A stretch of DNA of 64,000 nucleotides from Entomortierella parvispora E1425 (taxonomy: Eukaryota > Fungi > Mortierellomycota): positions 930,001 to 994,000 of the forward strand of contig BQFW01000010.1 in assembly GCA_020891255.1 (NCBI GenBank). Direction: 5' to 3'. Position numbers and translations under genes: made by a program. The notes under the pieces were generated by a model. That model saw nothing but the letters and a program-made list of their open reading frames with translations, did not search any database and was not told the origin of the DNA. How positions within the stretch are numbered: position 1 is the stretch's first letter; each line of letters opens with the position of its first letter. Positions 10,617 to 22,512 of the stretch are shown piece after piece.

Positions 10617-13538
10617 TTATTGAAGTCGTTTCCGGCCCAAGTTCTTCCTGGTCACTTTAGCGTCCGATCCAATGATCTTGACTGGAGGGGCGAATCCCAT
10701 CCTTGGTGATAAATCGCCCGATCCTGAAGGTGACTGAGATCCAGGGTATCCAGATCCTGCAACGCCACTCGACGCGCCAGGCTCGTAGTTGAGATACGGT
10801 ACATTCTTCCAGGGGACGCCTGCGACCCCTGGGACGGTCGCCGTGGTGCTATTGTCTTCGTTGTGGTCAAGGCTGGCATGGATAGGCATGTGGATGGCTC
10901 CCTTGATGATGCCGTTACACTTTTTCAGTTTGGAGAGTGGGATTGGCGTCAAGAGGTGCAATGTCCGGGTCGCTGGTTGGATACTGCGGATGATCGCCAA
11001 TCCGTGACAAGTCGTGTGCTCTGGAGGTGGCGGAGGGAACATTCCCAATGGAAAATAGTTGGGTGCTGCATTCGCCGCCGCGTCGACAGGGCCAGCATTC
11101 TCTTCCACTTCATCTCCAGTTTCCTTGTCGCCTGTGAGCGCCACAAGACTTGCGTTCAAGACATAGAGGATCTGACTTGGCGGGACCTGGTCAAACAAGA
11201 CCCAGATTCCCTTTGCGTTCGCCCAGTCCCAACTCCAAGGTCGTCGAACAATCAGCGCCTGTGTAAAGTCCCACATTGGACTGTCGTTCAGGTATCCATC
11301 GTACTCCTTTGTACCGATAGCGGTGCCCTCAGTCTCTTGCTTAAGATAAAAGTAGGATAACAACGCCAGGGCTCGATGGTCCGCAGGGTGGTACTTTGTG
11401 AAGGGTGAGGCGTTGTTGTTTTCATCCGACAACACTACAGCTGCCAAATATGAGAAATTGATGCTGGGTCGTCCCGCCTGAGCCGCTTGTTCCTTCATGG
11501 TCATGAAAAAGTTGTGGGGCAGGTTGGACTCTCCACTGGAGGGAGAGTGGAATCCGAAAATGTGGGAAGGCATGGTGTGCTGGATGAGTTGCAAAAGAAG
11601 GTCGTAGCCCAGTCCTTTGATCCAACCCTGCGTATTAATGATTAGGGGTATATGCTCGTCCTCATCGTCATCGCTGTGATAGTCGTCATCCTCGTCCTCA
11701 GCCCAGCCCTTTGTGTGTGAGACTTCGCGGTAGTAAGTCGTGACCAGCTCCTTGATGCACTCCATATAGTAATCTGGATTGTCTCTTGGCGTGCTGTTTC
11801 CGACAAAGAAAGCGCGGTAGGGTTGTCTTGGATGAGTAAAAGGCGCACCCAGAGCAGGCGTCTCAACTACGTGCAGCGCCACCATTCCCACAGGTGTAAA
11901 CTCGGATTGTCCAATATCACATTCAATGAATGCCACCTTGCGATATCTACTCAACAGCAAGCATTGTTTCATATTAGCAACAATAAAGTATAACCAGCAC
12001 CCAAAAGCTCCTTTCGACGACTCTACCTGTTCAGCATGCTGTTCAAAATAAGTCTGGAAAAGGTCGACTTTCCCATCTTTTTACCACCGCAGACAACCGA
12101 GACTGGTGGTTTTTTGGCGCGACCTCCTGTTTTTTCGTCAAATGTGGCTTCTTGGAGCTTATCCATTGCAGTACGCCAGGTATTGGGGATCTTGAGTGCC
12201 GCAATACTATCCTTTGGTTCCAAGATTGGGTGAAATCCTGGAATAGTCGTTTCAAATCGGAACATGGCCTGCCTTTCCTCATCCTCGTTGCCTCGGAGAC
12301 GTGTTGGTGGTTTGATCGTCAGGATTCCCTTGAACAGAGGAACAACCTTTTCGATGCCCAAAATTCCACAGCCAGCTGCGGACTGGATCGCAAAGATGGT
12401 ATCAAAGTTCTGGATAGAAATCATGGCCAAGAGTCTTTCCAGTTGGTCCTTCAGCGCTGGCGACGAGGGAGCTGTCTTTGGGGCAATCAACTTTTCTCTT
12501 TGAGATCCTGCCAAGCTGACTGATTCAATGACGGCGAGCGCGTGTGTCCTGGGGGAAATGATTCTGAAGGTTGACACTGAAGATAGATCCAGAGGTTCCT
12601 TTCCAGTCGTGCGCATCTTGCTCTGGGCCTTCTTTGAAGTGTATTTTTCCGCTGTTCCTGACATTGTGTATCCGAATATAGTCGAATGTCCAATTAGTGG
12701 AATGATATTGGCGCATCCCTGGAACACTAAAGTCTGCAGCAATAAGATAGAGAGGAAGCTTCCATGTCAGTGAACAACTCCAAATTCGACCCATGATTTT
12801 CCATAATTTGGTCCTTCGCCTAGATCTTTCCATACCTCGCCTCTATGCAGACCAATGATAGCAATATTTGGTGATTCTGCGCTTGGAAGATATGCCACAT
12901 TAGAGCGCGACGGTTTAAACGATGACACAGACTGGGGATCCGTGTACACTCTAAATATGAAAAATAGGGCGTCCAGTCAGTTCCAAGCAGACATAATCTC
13001 TTCATATCGTCGCGTCGCAATGGTGCGTAAGTGTCGTTCCAACATACTTGCGTTCACGTTTTTCATATTGTGGCACGTTGATTGCTGTATCCTTTGCAGA
13101 TTCTTCATCTTCTTCCGGATCATTACTGCCGCTGTCGCTTTCGCTGTCACTGGCACCGCTCTCCAGAGACGCCTTGTCCTCTTCCTCCACATCCAGATTA
13201 TCAGAAGAAATATGCTCCTCGATCTCAGGAGTAGACGCCTGACTGTTGATGGTGTCGGGGTTGTTGATCCCTAAGAGCTGCTGTCTCCTGGCAGCAATGG
13301 CACTAAGAGGAGCTGAAGCTGGTGGTGGTATTGACAATGGTGGTGATATGACGGTGGTCGTGACCGTCGTGACCACGCCTACCTTGCTCACTTTTTAAAC
13401 AAACATAAACAAAAGTCGATGGTTTTAGTCATGGCACCTTGAGACATTACATTGCTGCAGGGCGGCGTCTTTTGCTCATGGGTCTTTGCTTTTCCATGTC
13501 TTCTCACCCGTCTTTTGCTTCTTGGCTTTTGGAGGCAT
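10617..13538 (-). CDS. GRC3: Polynucleotide 5'-hydroxyl kinase Grc3/Nol9 (multi-exon)
   Basis: VVCGGKKMGKSTFSR (P-loop), VAFIECDIGQSEFTPVGMVALH, PLIINTQGWIKGLG and CHGLAIIRSI. A short first exon MPPKAKKQKT (ATG 13538) splices in phase 1 to 13390. Confidence 0.9.
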
Positions 13539-13703
13539 TGTCAGTAACTTGGGTCTGTCGAACAAAAGGGGACGGGAGCGTGTGGACATGCACACCATTC
13601 CTTGGTCTTTTTTTTTTTTTTTTTTTTTTTTTGTGGCTTGTTTAGATGGATCAAGTCACAGCGCCACCAATTTTTATTTTAGGTATTGGAAGCTCTGAGT
13701 CCA

Positions 13704-16700
13704 CTACTTGACTTCATTCGGAGTTGAGGTTCTGTCCACGGATGCTGCTTGAGAAGCGGCCACGAGTTCGGCAGCATAGGGATGGCGGTTCAGTCTCGGC
13801 ATCTCCAGATAGGAAGGCTGATCCAGATGTGCCCGGTCCTGGGCTGGTGCCCGTCTAAAGATCTGTGACTCTGGAGGCGCACTCGGGATCGGTCCCCCGC
13901 TGAGGGTCCTGGAATGGAGAGGCCGTATCCGTTGAGCGACCGCCTCAATCTCCAACTGAAGACGGTGCTCGCTGTCATCGTCCTCCATCCCACTGCCATA
14001 GATATCACCCGCCATTCTCTCCTCATCGCCACCATTGCCATAGAATCCATTGTCAATGTTATCGTCGGCATCATCGTCCTGACTGAGATCCTCGTCTTCG
14101 TCACTGCTCTCGAGTCTCTGGGATCGGTGGCTCTGATGTTGGTAAGGATGGTGGTTGGATGCATAAGCTGGGTGACGAGAGGTACCGCCCCGAGGTCGTT
14201 CGGATTCCTGGGATCGCTCGCCTCGCTTTCCAGATTCATCGACCGCCTTCTCGTTGTAGTAATAGTCTTCGTCATCCTCGTACGTTGGATCGTGCGAGTA
14301 GAGGTGGTGACGGTGCTGCTGTTGCTGGTAGCGCCTGCGCTGCTGATTCATCTGCTGCCGTCTGTGTTCCTCCTCTGCCTCCATGACCTCCATCCGCAGT
14401 CGCTTTTGTCGAGCGATTGCAAAGGGCAGGAGAGTCAAGGGGACAATGATCCACGCAAACAAGATTGGAATGTTGTAGTTGAGTCGGTTGTACGATCCCA
14501 TCAGGGTATAACGGGCGATTTGGACCGCATTCAGGAAGGGCATCGCGTAGACCCATCGGTAGAAGCCCGGCATCAGTTCGACGGGGTTAAACACTGCAAT
14601 GACGTTCATGACCACAAAGGAGATGGTGATGGACGGGATCACAGTGACGGGTATCAAGAATATGAGGAACAGGACCAAGGAGGCGACCGCGGACTGTAGT
14701 AGGAGCATGCCCGCAAAAAGGCTCATGAACTGAGCCCCCGAGTAGAACGGTACTCCAAAGATCAAGAGAAGCAAACTATAGGCCATCGAAAGAGAGGAGA
14801 GAAAAACCAAGAGGGGACCAAGGAGCAGCACCATCGTTTTCCGGACTGAAGCTGTTCTCGTTACCGGCTGAACAATGTGGGCGACCAAGTACGTACTTCC
14901 TCCAGCGACCAAAAAGATCCAAATGTACGCGACAGAGGTGGCGGAAGTAATGATGGTTGCTGTTGTAGGATGGAGGTCCATTTCCTCAAATGCTACTGGC
15001 ATACCGAGCACCTGGGGCGCGTCCAGCAGACTTTTGACTGTGACATTGTTACTGTCGACCACGTTGAGGACAAACGAGACCCAACCGGGATTAAAACCTG
15101 CCGTAAACTGCAGGAACTGGGTATACATGCTAGCAACAATGTAGGGCTTGACCACAAGAGGATCTCGGCCACCATCATAGATGAAATAAAAGGCCTGTCT
15201 TGGGTCATAGTCCTTGAGAGGGACCGAGAGTGCCTTCATGAGCTGCGAAGAGGCATTCGCCCTCACAACGACCGCGCCCCAAAAGTTTCCATTTTCGACA
15301 TCTGCGATAACCCCAGACAAATTATTGTAGGACTGAACAGACCAATTGATCTGGCCAGGCAACAGGTTATCCTTCTGTGTAAAGTTGAGAAACTCGTTGC
15401 CAATCATGGAGTGATCCATGTCGACAACAGCCACGCTCATATTTTCAAGTCGACTTGGAGATTGAAACTAATAAAACGGTTAATAAGGAACAAAAAGGGT
15501 CAGGGGTCAGTATCAGGACAGTTTCTAGGTGCAGCCTTGGCCTCATTCTCATAGGAATCTGTCTTACAGAAGCTCCAAAGTACAGGGCCATAAGTGTGAA
15601 ATAAGAAAGAGTCAGGATGGTAAGGGCCTTGCCCATCTTTGTCCAGACCTCCCTCCAAGTCGGAGAGTAGGGCATATCGAGCATGATATCGATAAAGTTG
15701 AACGGGTTTGTTTCTGGCTCCTCGCCATTGAGGCCAGGAACCCCCGTTTTGCGCTTTGGTCGAGTCGGTTGTCCATCCTCTTGCCGTACATTGCTATCCC
15801 ATGAGACACTGGGGCGAGGTTCCGCAAGACTAGAAATTCCAACGGCTTTCTCGTTCACTGGGTTGGGTGTTGCAAACGGGAGTCGGAACAAGGAAAATCG
15901 TTTTCGAGAAACAGGCGCTGTCGCAGGGGGCTCAGGCACGGCAGGAGGTCCTTTTGCAGAGGGCCGACTCTGGGTAACAGCTTTCCGACTGGGACTATTG
16001 CTGCCATGCTGCGCGCGGGAAAGGTGGGAGGAAGATATTGAGTTGGTGGAGGAGGAGGAAGAAGAGAGCAGTCGTTCGCTGTTCCTGGATCCAACAGCCG
16101 TAGAGCTTCCACTGATTTGTGTTCTTGCACTGTGTTGACTGGTGCGTATCCTATTGCCGCCGTCGCCATGGTGTCTTTTGCTTCTGCGAGATGACTGAAT
16201 GTTGGTGCCTGCAGCAGCCCCTCCCAAACTAGGACCGCCGGTGTGCCCTGCAGAGGATGTGATTGTGCGGCCGTAGTAATCTCGCTCCTGTGCTGCTCGA
16301 GGGTCAACAGAGGAAGGATAAGGTTGAAATGCTTGCCCATTTTGGCCACGATGGTGCGTGTTGGTGCTGTGAGCGTGCGAAAGAGTATGGGCCAGTGGAG
16401 GAGGAGGAAGTGTGGTAGTGTGGTACAGTGGCTCTGCTTGCGCATGGGCACTTTCAGAAGACAAGGGCGCCACTGTGACCTGTATTGGCCGGAACTTTGG
16501 CGAGGTCGAAGTTCCAGGAGCAAAGACATTGAAATCAGAAAAGGGCCGAGGTTCTGTAGCAGTTGTTGTGCCTGGATCTCCTCTGGGGTATTGGGAAAAT
16601 GAAGGTGGGCGAGAGTGAGGGGTGTTTGGGAAGGGTGCATCCTTGTTGTCAATATTGTTTGCATCCAGGGAAACAAAGAAGGGGGCGCCATTGTCCTGCT

Positions 16701-16896
16701 CCCGAGGGGGATCCTGGACTGTGAGTGCTACGGTGTCGATGCCCAAAGGTCGAACAGACGGTGAACGGAGGAAAGGGGCAGTTGTGGTGGGGTGGTCTGC
16801 GGTAGGAGCCGCAATTGTGTCGGTGCTGTCGCTGGGGCTGTTTCTGGCGCTGCAACTACCGCTGCTGTTGCTGCTGTTGCTGGTTCGCCGAGGCAT
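13704..16896 (-). CDS. DUF3533/Sng1-like multi-pass membrane protein with long low-complexity N- and C-tails
   Basis: Exon 16896-15568 (MPRRTSNSS...YFTLMALYFGAS) joins in phase 0 to exon 15467-13704 (FQSPSRLENMSVAVVDMD...GNFWGAVVV...ELMPGFYRWVYAMPFLNAVQ). Several TM segments. Confidence 0.8.
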
Positions 16897-17210
16897 TGTG
16901 GAAGAGTGAGGGTGTGGTGAAGAGTGAATGAGGAAGGGATCGTGCATGGACCACAGTCCCGTGTGAGGATGCGAAGGAATGAAAGGGATCTGATTTAAGA
17001 GTGGGAAGAAGAGTACGATCGAGTGAATCAGCAATCGAGTCAACGAAGACAAACGGACCAATACAGCAAGAAGACAAAGAGCAGACTACTAGTCAAGGAG
17101 TGTGGCGCAAATGGGAGGGAAAGAGAGGCGGGAAGGGTTTGGATGGGTGACTATGATCGGGCTGTTGTTTGGATCGGTGCAGTATGTACTCTTTGTCTGT
17201 TGAAATGTCC

Positions 17211-17246
<36 letters not shown>
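17211..17246 (+). repeat. (GTCT)n microsatellite
   Basis: About 9 perfect tetranucleotide units. Confidence 0.95.
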
Positions 17247-17976
17247 GCTGTCTATCGATCTATCCACGGCAGGGGGATCGTGAGGTGGTGGGGGCAGTGC
17301 AGCAGCGTGGGCAAACGGGAGGAAAAGATGACAAAGAAGAAGAGCAAGGAGGGAAATAAAGAGAAGATGCAATGCAAGGAAGAAGGGAAAGAAAGAAAGA
17401 CTGGGATTCATTCAAGCCCCTCCCCCCTTACCCAACCTTTGACAAACCTTGTTCAGTTCAGTTCCTATTTGCCATGCAACGACGATCGGCCGCTGTATTA
17501 ATATCTCCCCAAGGGGTCCGCTCCAGACGATAGAGCTGCTCTCTCATTACTGTATCCATCTCCAAATCTCTGCCGTCTTTGTCAGGGCCGCGGTCGCGGT
17601 CGACCCTTTCTGTCTCCTTTCTCTCACCCTGACTAGACGAAACGACCATCAATTGCTCAGCTTGAACCCTACTGCCACAAACATACTTGCTCACAGCTCC
17701 GCGGGGAGGTAGTCCCTTCCCAGCGAGTGGGTGGCACAGGGACAAGAATGCGCAAACAAACCAAACAGATTGAGCGCAACGGCACACCCACATGTTTTCC
17801 CAGTCCCGAATGGACCAAAAAGAATGCTCCTTTCCGCCAGGTACGAAATCTAAACGCCCCGGATCTTGGCGCTCGTCGTATGCAAATCGGAACTTCTCCT
17901 TTGCTCCTTTTTGTCCTACCAATTCGCCCTCTATCCTTCTTGGCATAAATGCTCCATCTAAACCACCTCAGTGGTT

Positions 17977-17978
<2 letters not shown>

Positions 17979-18074
<96 letters not shown>

Positions 18075-18120
18075 GTCTCTCTCTCTCTCTCTCTCTTGTT
18101 TTTTTTTTTTTTTTTTTTTT
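17979..18120 (+). repeat. Long (CT)n microsatellite followed by a poly(T) run
   Basis: About 115 bp of near-perfect CT repeats, then more than 20 T. Confidence 0.95.
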
Positions 18121-18544
18121 GCAAATTGAGTCATAGAGCCATTGCACAGCGGGGGCAGGGAGATGGTCCAAACGGAGGGTCGAGAGATGCATCCATCCAG
18201 GGACGTGCGGGCGCGATCCCTAGCCCCGGGACACAGATTCGAACAAACACGATTAGCACGAGCATTTTCAATTCCGCTGGCAAGACTGGCTGGCCTGATA
18301 GGTCAACAAAACACATAGGAAATGTCGCATGGCAACAAAAAAGGCTCCATGTATGTCTTGGAATTTACTCGGGAATTCCCTGCAAAGAGTTTACAGTATT
18401 TGTTCCTGCAATTCGTTTATTGTATTGTTGGTTGGTTGTCTAAGGCGAATGGCGAATGGGTCTCTCCCTCTCTCTCTCTTTTTCTTTTTTTTTTACTCTC
18501 GAAAGTACTGATTTTTTTTTTTGGTCGCAAAATGTCTGTTGTTA

Positions 18545-20357
18545 TTACCAATCATCTCCCTCGTCCTGCAAGTTTGTAACAGCCCCGACAGCAAAAAGCG
18601 CGGCGTTGCTAGTCAGATGCATTCCCAGACCAGTATAAAGTCCACGAACGCCCCAGGCCGAATACCACGGTCTCGATGTTGAGGACGAAGATCCCGAAGA
18701 AGCCTTCGAGACCCGTTTGTGATGTCCTCCTTCCTCCTTGATAATCCTGTACACACAGTCCACCATACCCACATAGGGCCTCTTTCTTGTTTCAACCACG
18801 GTGCGATACTTTTTGCTGCCGCTGCTTGGTGCGCGTCCTTGAGATTGAATCTGAATCTGCAATCTCTTGCGAACTGTCTCGATGGGAAGGCGGATCAAAA
18901 GCTCAATGGTGTTTAGACCAAGCTCTGCAAGAGAGTAGAGAACTGGAGAATCTGCGGCCGACAACTTGAAGACCCGATCGATAATCAAAGGAATCGAGTT
19001 GGCCATCAAGGGGGTCAACGTATGGTAAATCAAGGTGGGGAACAAGTTCACGCCACCCCAAAGTGCAGACACTCCTTCTTCCGAGATAATGGTCGAGAAG
19101 CAGTTGATCATACCGCTATACTTGCGCTGCAAAGGATTCGCAGTTTGCACAATCAATCTAATTATAAAAAAAATGTTAGAATGTCTCTGGGTCCACAACA
19201 GTCGTCTTTCCTAGATTTATATTGTACCGTACCGAGTGCGGACAAGCTCCAAAGGAGACAGAATAAAACCAACAACGAGGTGACTGGTGACCATGGTGGC
19301 AATGTTGGGTCCGACATGATCCAAGTGCACCAGTGGGATCGTGTCATCATAGAGATCAAATGTGTCGTTCAGCGTCGCCTCCAGAGTGGGTTGAGCAAAG
19401 AGATGCAGCATCTCGTAGATCCAGTTGGTATATTGGCCTATGAACAATAAGGGATAGCTGTTAGTGAATCGATTACAACACACCATCGTTTGCCCGGCCT
19501 TGGAGTAAACAAGCAGTTACCCTTCCAAAGCGACATCCAGCCTTCGGTAGGGTGCTTTGAGAGATCAGTCACCGCCTTCCAAACACCTCCTTCGATGGGC
19601 GCCATTTGGTAAGCAGGTCGACTCTCTTCATCATAGACACTGCTCCTGGCGGCAGAATCTGTGGGAGCAACGGATGGCGTCTCATAACGGCTGGGTTCAT
19701 TATAACGGCTAATCAGTCCACTGTCCCTGGGCGATCCATATGCATCCCGAGAGCTGTTGCTGGGCAGGTTGCCGTATTGGCTGGTATAGTAACCAGAGGT
19801 CGCAGAGGTCTGGTGGATGGTCGAGCCGGTGCGGTCGTTATAAAAGTCGCGTTCACGCTCACTCTCAATCTCCAAAACCCTCCTGTTGGCAGCCTCGCGC
19901 TCGGCCTACGGTTGAAACAAAGCAAAGGCAAGGATTATTAGCATCATGAAAGAGCTCAAGCCTTCGTGTCAAAAAGAACAAAGAACAGCACGAATACAAA
20001 GAAGGAGGCAAGAACTTCTACCGTAGACAATACCTGTTCCGCAAGGTCCTGCTCATCGCCATTGAATCCGTCGTCATTGGGCAAGTACTGAACCTGCAGC
20101 AATGTCTGCCCGGCTTCGAAAGGGGCAGCAATGGCGAGGGTCATGTACTTGACAAAGCCATAGCTGAGGAGCTCCTTGGCGGCAGTCTGTGAGTTGAGTT
20201 CGTTCTGGGCGGCCAGCTCCTCCTCGAGGGTGGAGGAGGTCAAGGTGGTGTTGTAGTAGGACTGCAGGGGCGAGTCTGAGGCCGAGTAGTAAGGGCGGAG
20301 CAGGTTGGGACTGTTGGCGTTGGGTGCGCCACCCGGGGGAGGAAAGGAGTAGGACAT
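18545..20357 (-). CDS. UGO1: Mitochondrial fusion protein Ugo1 (SLC25A46-like degenerate carrier), multi-exon
   Basis: Carrier-signature variants AIAAPFEAGQTLLQVQY, LSPLELVRTR and RLPIETVRKRLQIQ; also EGWMSLWKG, EEGVSALW and GVRGLYTGL. Confidence 0.85.
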
Positions 20358-20686
20358 GCTGATGTGGATGAAGAAAGGAAGGAAGGAAGGAAGAAAGGAA
20401 GAAAGGAGGAAAGGATGAGGATGAGGATGGATCGAAGCGACGACTCAATGCGAAAAAGAACAAAGAAAAGAAAAGAAAGGACATGCCATCCATCCATCCA
20501 TCCATCCATCTCTGTTTCCTTTCCCTCCCGGCAACACATGCAGTCTCGCGTGTTCCCGAAATGGAAATTGATCTTTTTTTCTTTTCCTTCTTCTCTCTCT
20601 CTCATTCTCATTCTCTCTTTGTTTGCTTTTGTGCTTCTTTCTGTCTTTGCAGCATGCGACTCTCCTCTCACTGGTCATGTCTGGAC

Positions 20687-22402
20687 ATGGCCACACTGAT
20701 GCTCTCCTCCCGCATCCAATCCCATGCCCGCTTGACTGCCACGCGATTGTTTCCCGAGATCAGAGCAACAAGCGCGACCAAGGCTCTGTTCTCGTCCAAA
20801 GCGTCTACAGCTGCAACGTCTGGTTCTGATACAGGTCGACCCTCGTCACGCCCTTCCTCATCCGAAAAGAACTCTGATGGAGCAGAGAGAAAGAGTGCGC
20901 GACCAGCTCGATCCTCAAGCCACGGCCCTGGATCCAACAAGGGAAAGGAGAGTAACCAGAATCCGCCAAAGCACCGGCATCCTACAGACCCTTCCCCTGG
21001 GAACCAAGGTTGTGGGCCAGGCGAGGAAGGACAGACCAAGGACACTGCCAATAAACCCAACGATCGCGTCAGGAACACAAAAGGCAACAAGGCACCCAAA
21101 CCTCGGCCTGTTCAAAAGAACATGCCCACAAACTTTCGCCCCCTCCCAGCAACAGAGCGGGTAATGCATCGCTCTTTTTTCGTCAAAGGATAGCAGCTGC
21201 ACATTTTCTCTTGCTAATTATTCTTTTTTTCTTCCAATAATTATCAAAACGTAGATCGAATCCTTGGACAAGCAGGCGGTACAGGAGCTTTTTACAAAGA
21301 GAGCTGGAGCGTTCAGTGTGGCCAACGATGTCTTCTCCATCAAAGCGGCCCCTATGCCCTTCCGGAAACCACCCCCTCGTAAGCGTGCCTACTATACCAC
21401 CTTCTTGAACTGGCTCATGTCCTACCCCAGTGTCGTTCTTTTCTTTTGCTGATTTCATGCAGGCAAGCTAATTTGGATGTCATCTTTATTCTAGCGGATA
21501 TACCCTTATTTGTGCGAAAGGCCATGCAAGAATATGACAGAGCCATGGCAAAATACAAGGAGCAGCTGCAGGAATACGAGCGCGAGTCCGCTTCAGCTTC
21601 CCCTGATCAGGCCACCCCAACACCTCCCGAGCTCCCTCGGCCCATGATTCAGTACAAACTCGCCAACAGGAGACAATATCCACAAACGATCGACAGTCCA
21701 CACCCGCCCTTTCGAGTCTCGTTTATGACCTCCAAGAAAGTTGTATCCAAATTGGCCACTGATCGCAACATGGTCAGGAAAAAACTGGTGGCTGCAGCGG
21801 AGATGGTCTTTCGAGGTGATGCTGCTGCTGTTGCGAACACAATCACGTCAGATAGCACAACATCACCTGCTGCCTCTGTCCCAACATTGGCTCGACCAGG
21901 ATACGAATACCTGATCTTCCCAAAGAAAGCGGCCATGTGGACGACTCAGGAGAAGCTGATGGTGCTCATGGTGAGGGACCTTCAAAATCCAAAACTGTAC
22001 GGTGAGCGGGACACGTCAAAGTCAAAGTCCAAATCGACCCAAACTTCACCAAAAAACCGACCAGAGACCTCTGAAAATGTCGATGCGGACCATGCCGATG
22101 CTCTCGCAGAGTCCAAAGTGGAACACGACAAACGAATGATCAGCGATCCCGAAATCAAGTTTCGATGGAAATACAATCGAGCACCGATCCTGGAGCCATT
22201 CTGGAAATACGCTCTTCCAAACCCATTGACTCGTGTTCAACAAAGCAATGCCTTCTTGAATCGCTTTTGCCCTGAAGCCCAAGAAGCACTTATTCCTCTT
22301 CGACAGGAAGCAGGCCGTCTTCGAAAAGCTGCGGTGCTCCGTGAGAGTAAGCTACAGAGGCGCAGGAGTAAGAGGTTTTCAAAACCATCGGTCTCTGTGT
22401 AG
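20687..22402 (+). CDS. Probable mitochondrion-targeted bacterial-type RNase P protein (RnpA)-like protein, 3 exons
   Basis: Exons 20687-21160, 21255-21378 and 21495-22402 have consistent GT-AG phases. Presequence-like start MATLMLSSRIQSHARLTATRLF. RnpA-like blocks: PLPATERI...VQELFTKR; VFSIKAAP; FRVSFMTSKKVVSKLATDRNMVRKKLVAAAEMVF; GYEYLIFPK; final helix QEKLMVLMVRDL. Confidence 0.7.
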
Positions 22403-22512
22403 GAGTACCTTTTCAATAAATAAGCGTCCAAAGGGCTTTATTCGACTTTTTGTTTGATAGTACACTTGTTATACCAGTGACAAGAGGTTTGATAACTCTG
22501 TCAGTGCGTCCA

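Noticed and set aside
16856-18500. ORFs of 70-160 aa such as ERERER and SLSLSL
   Set aside because: Translations of (CT)n and (GTCT)n microsatellites.
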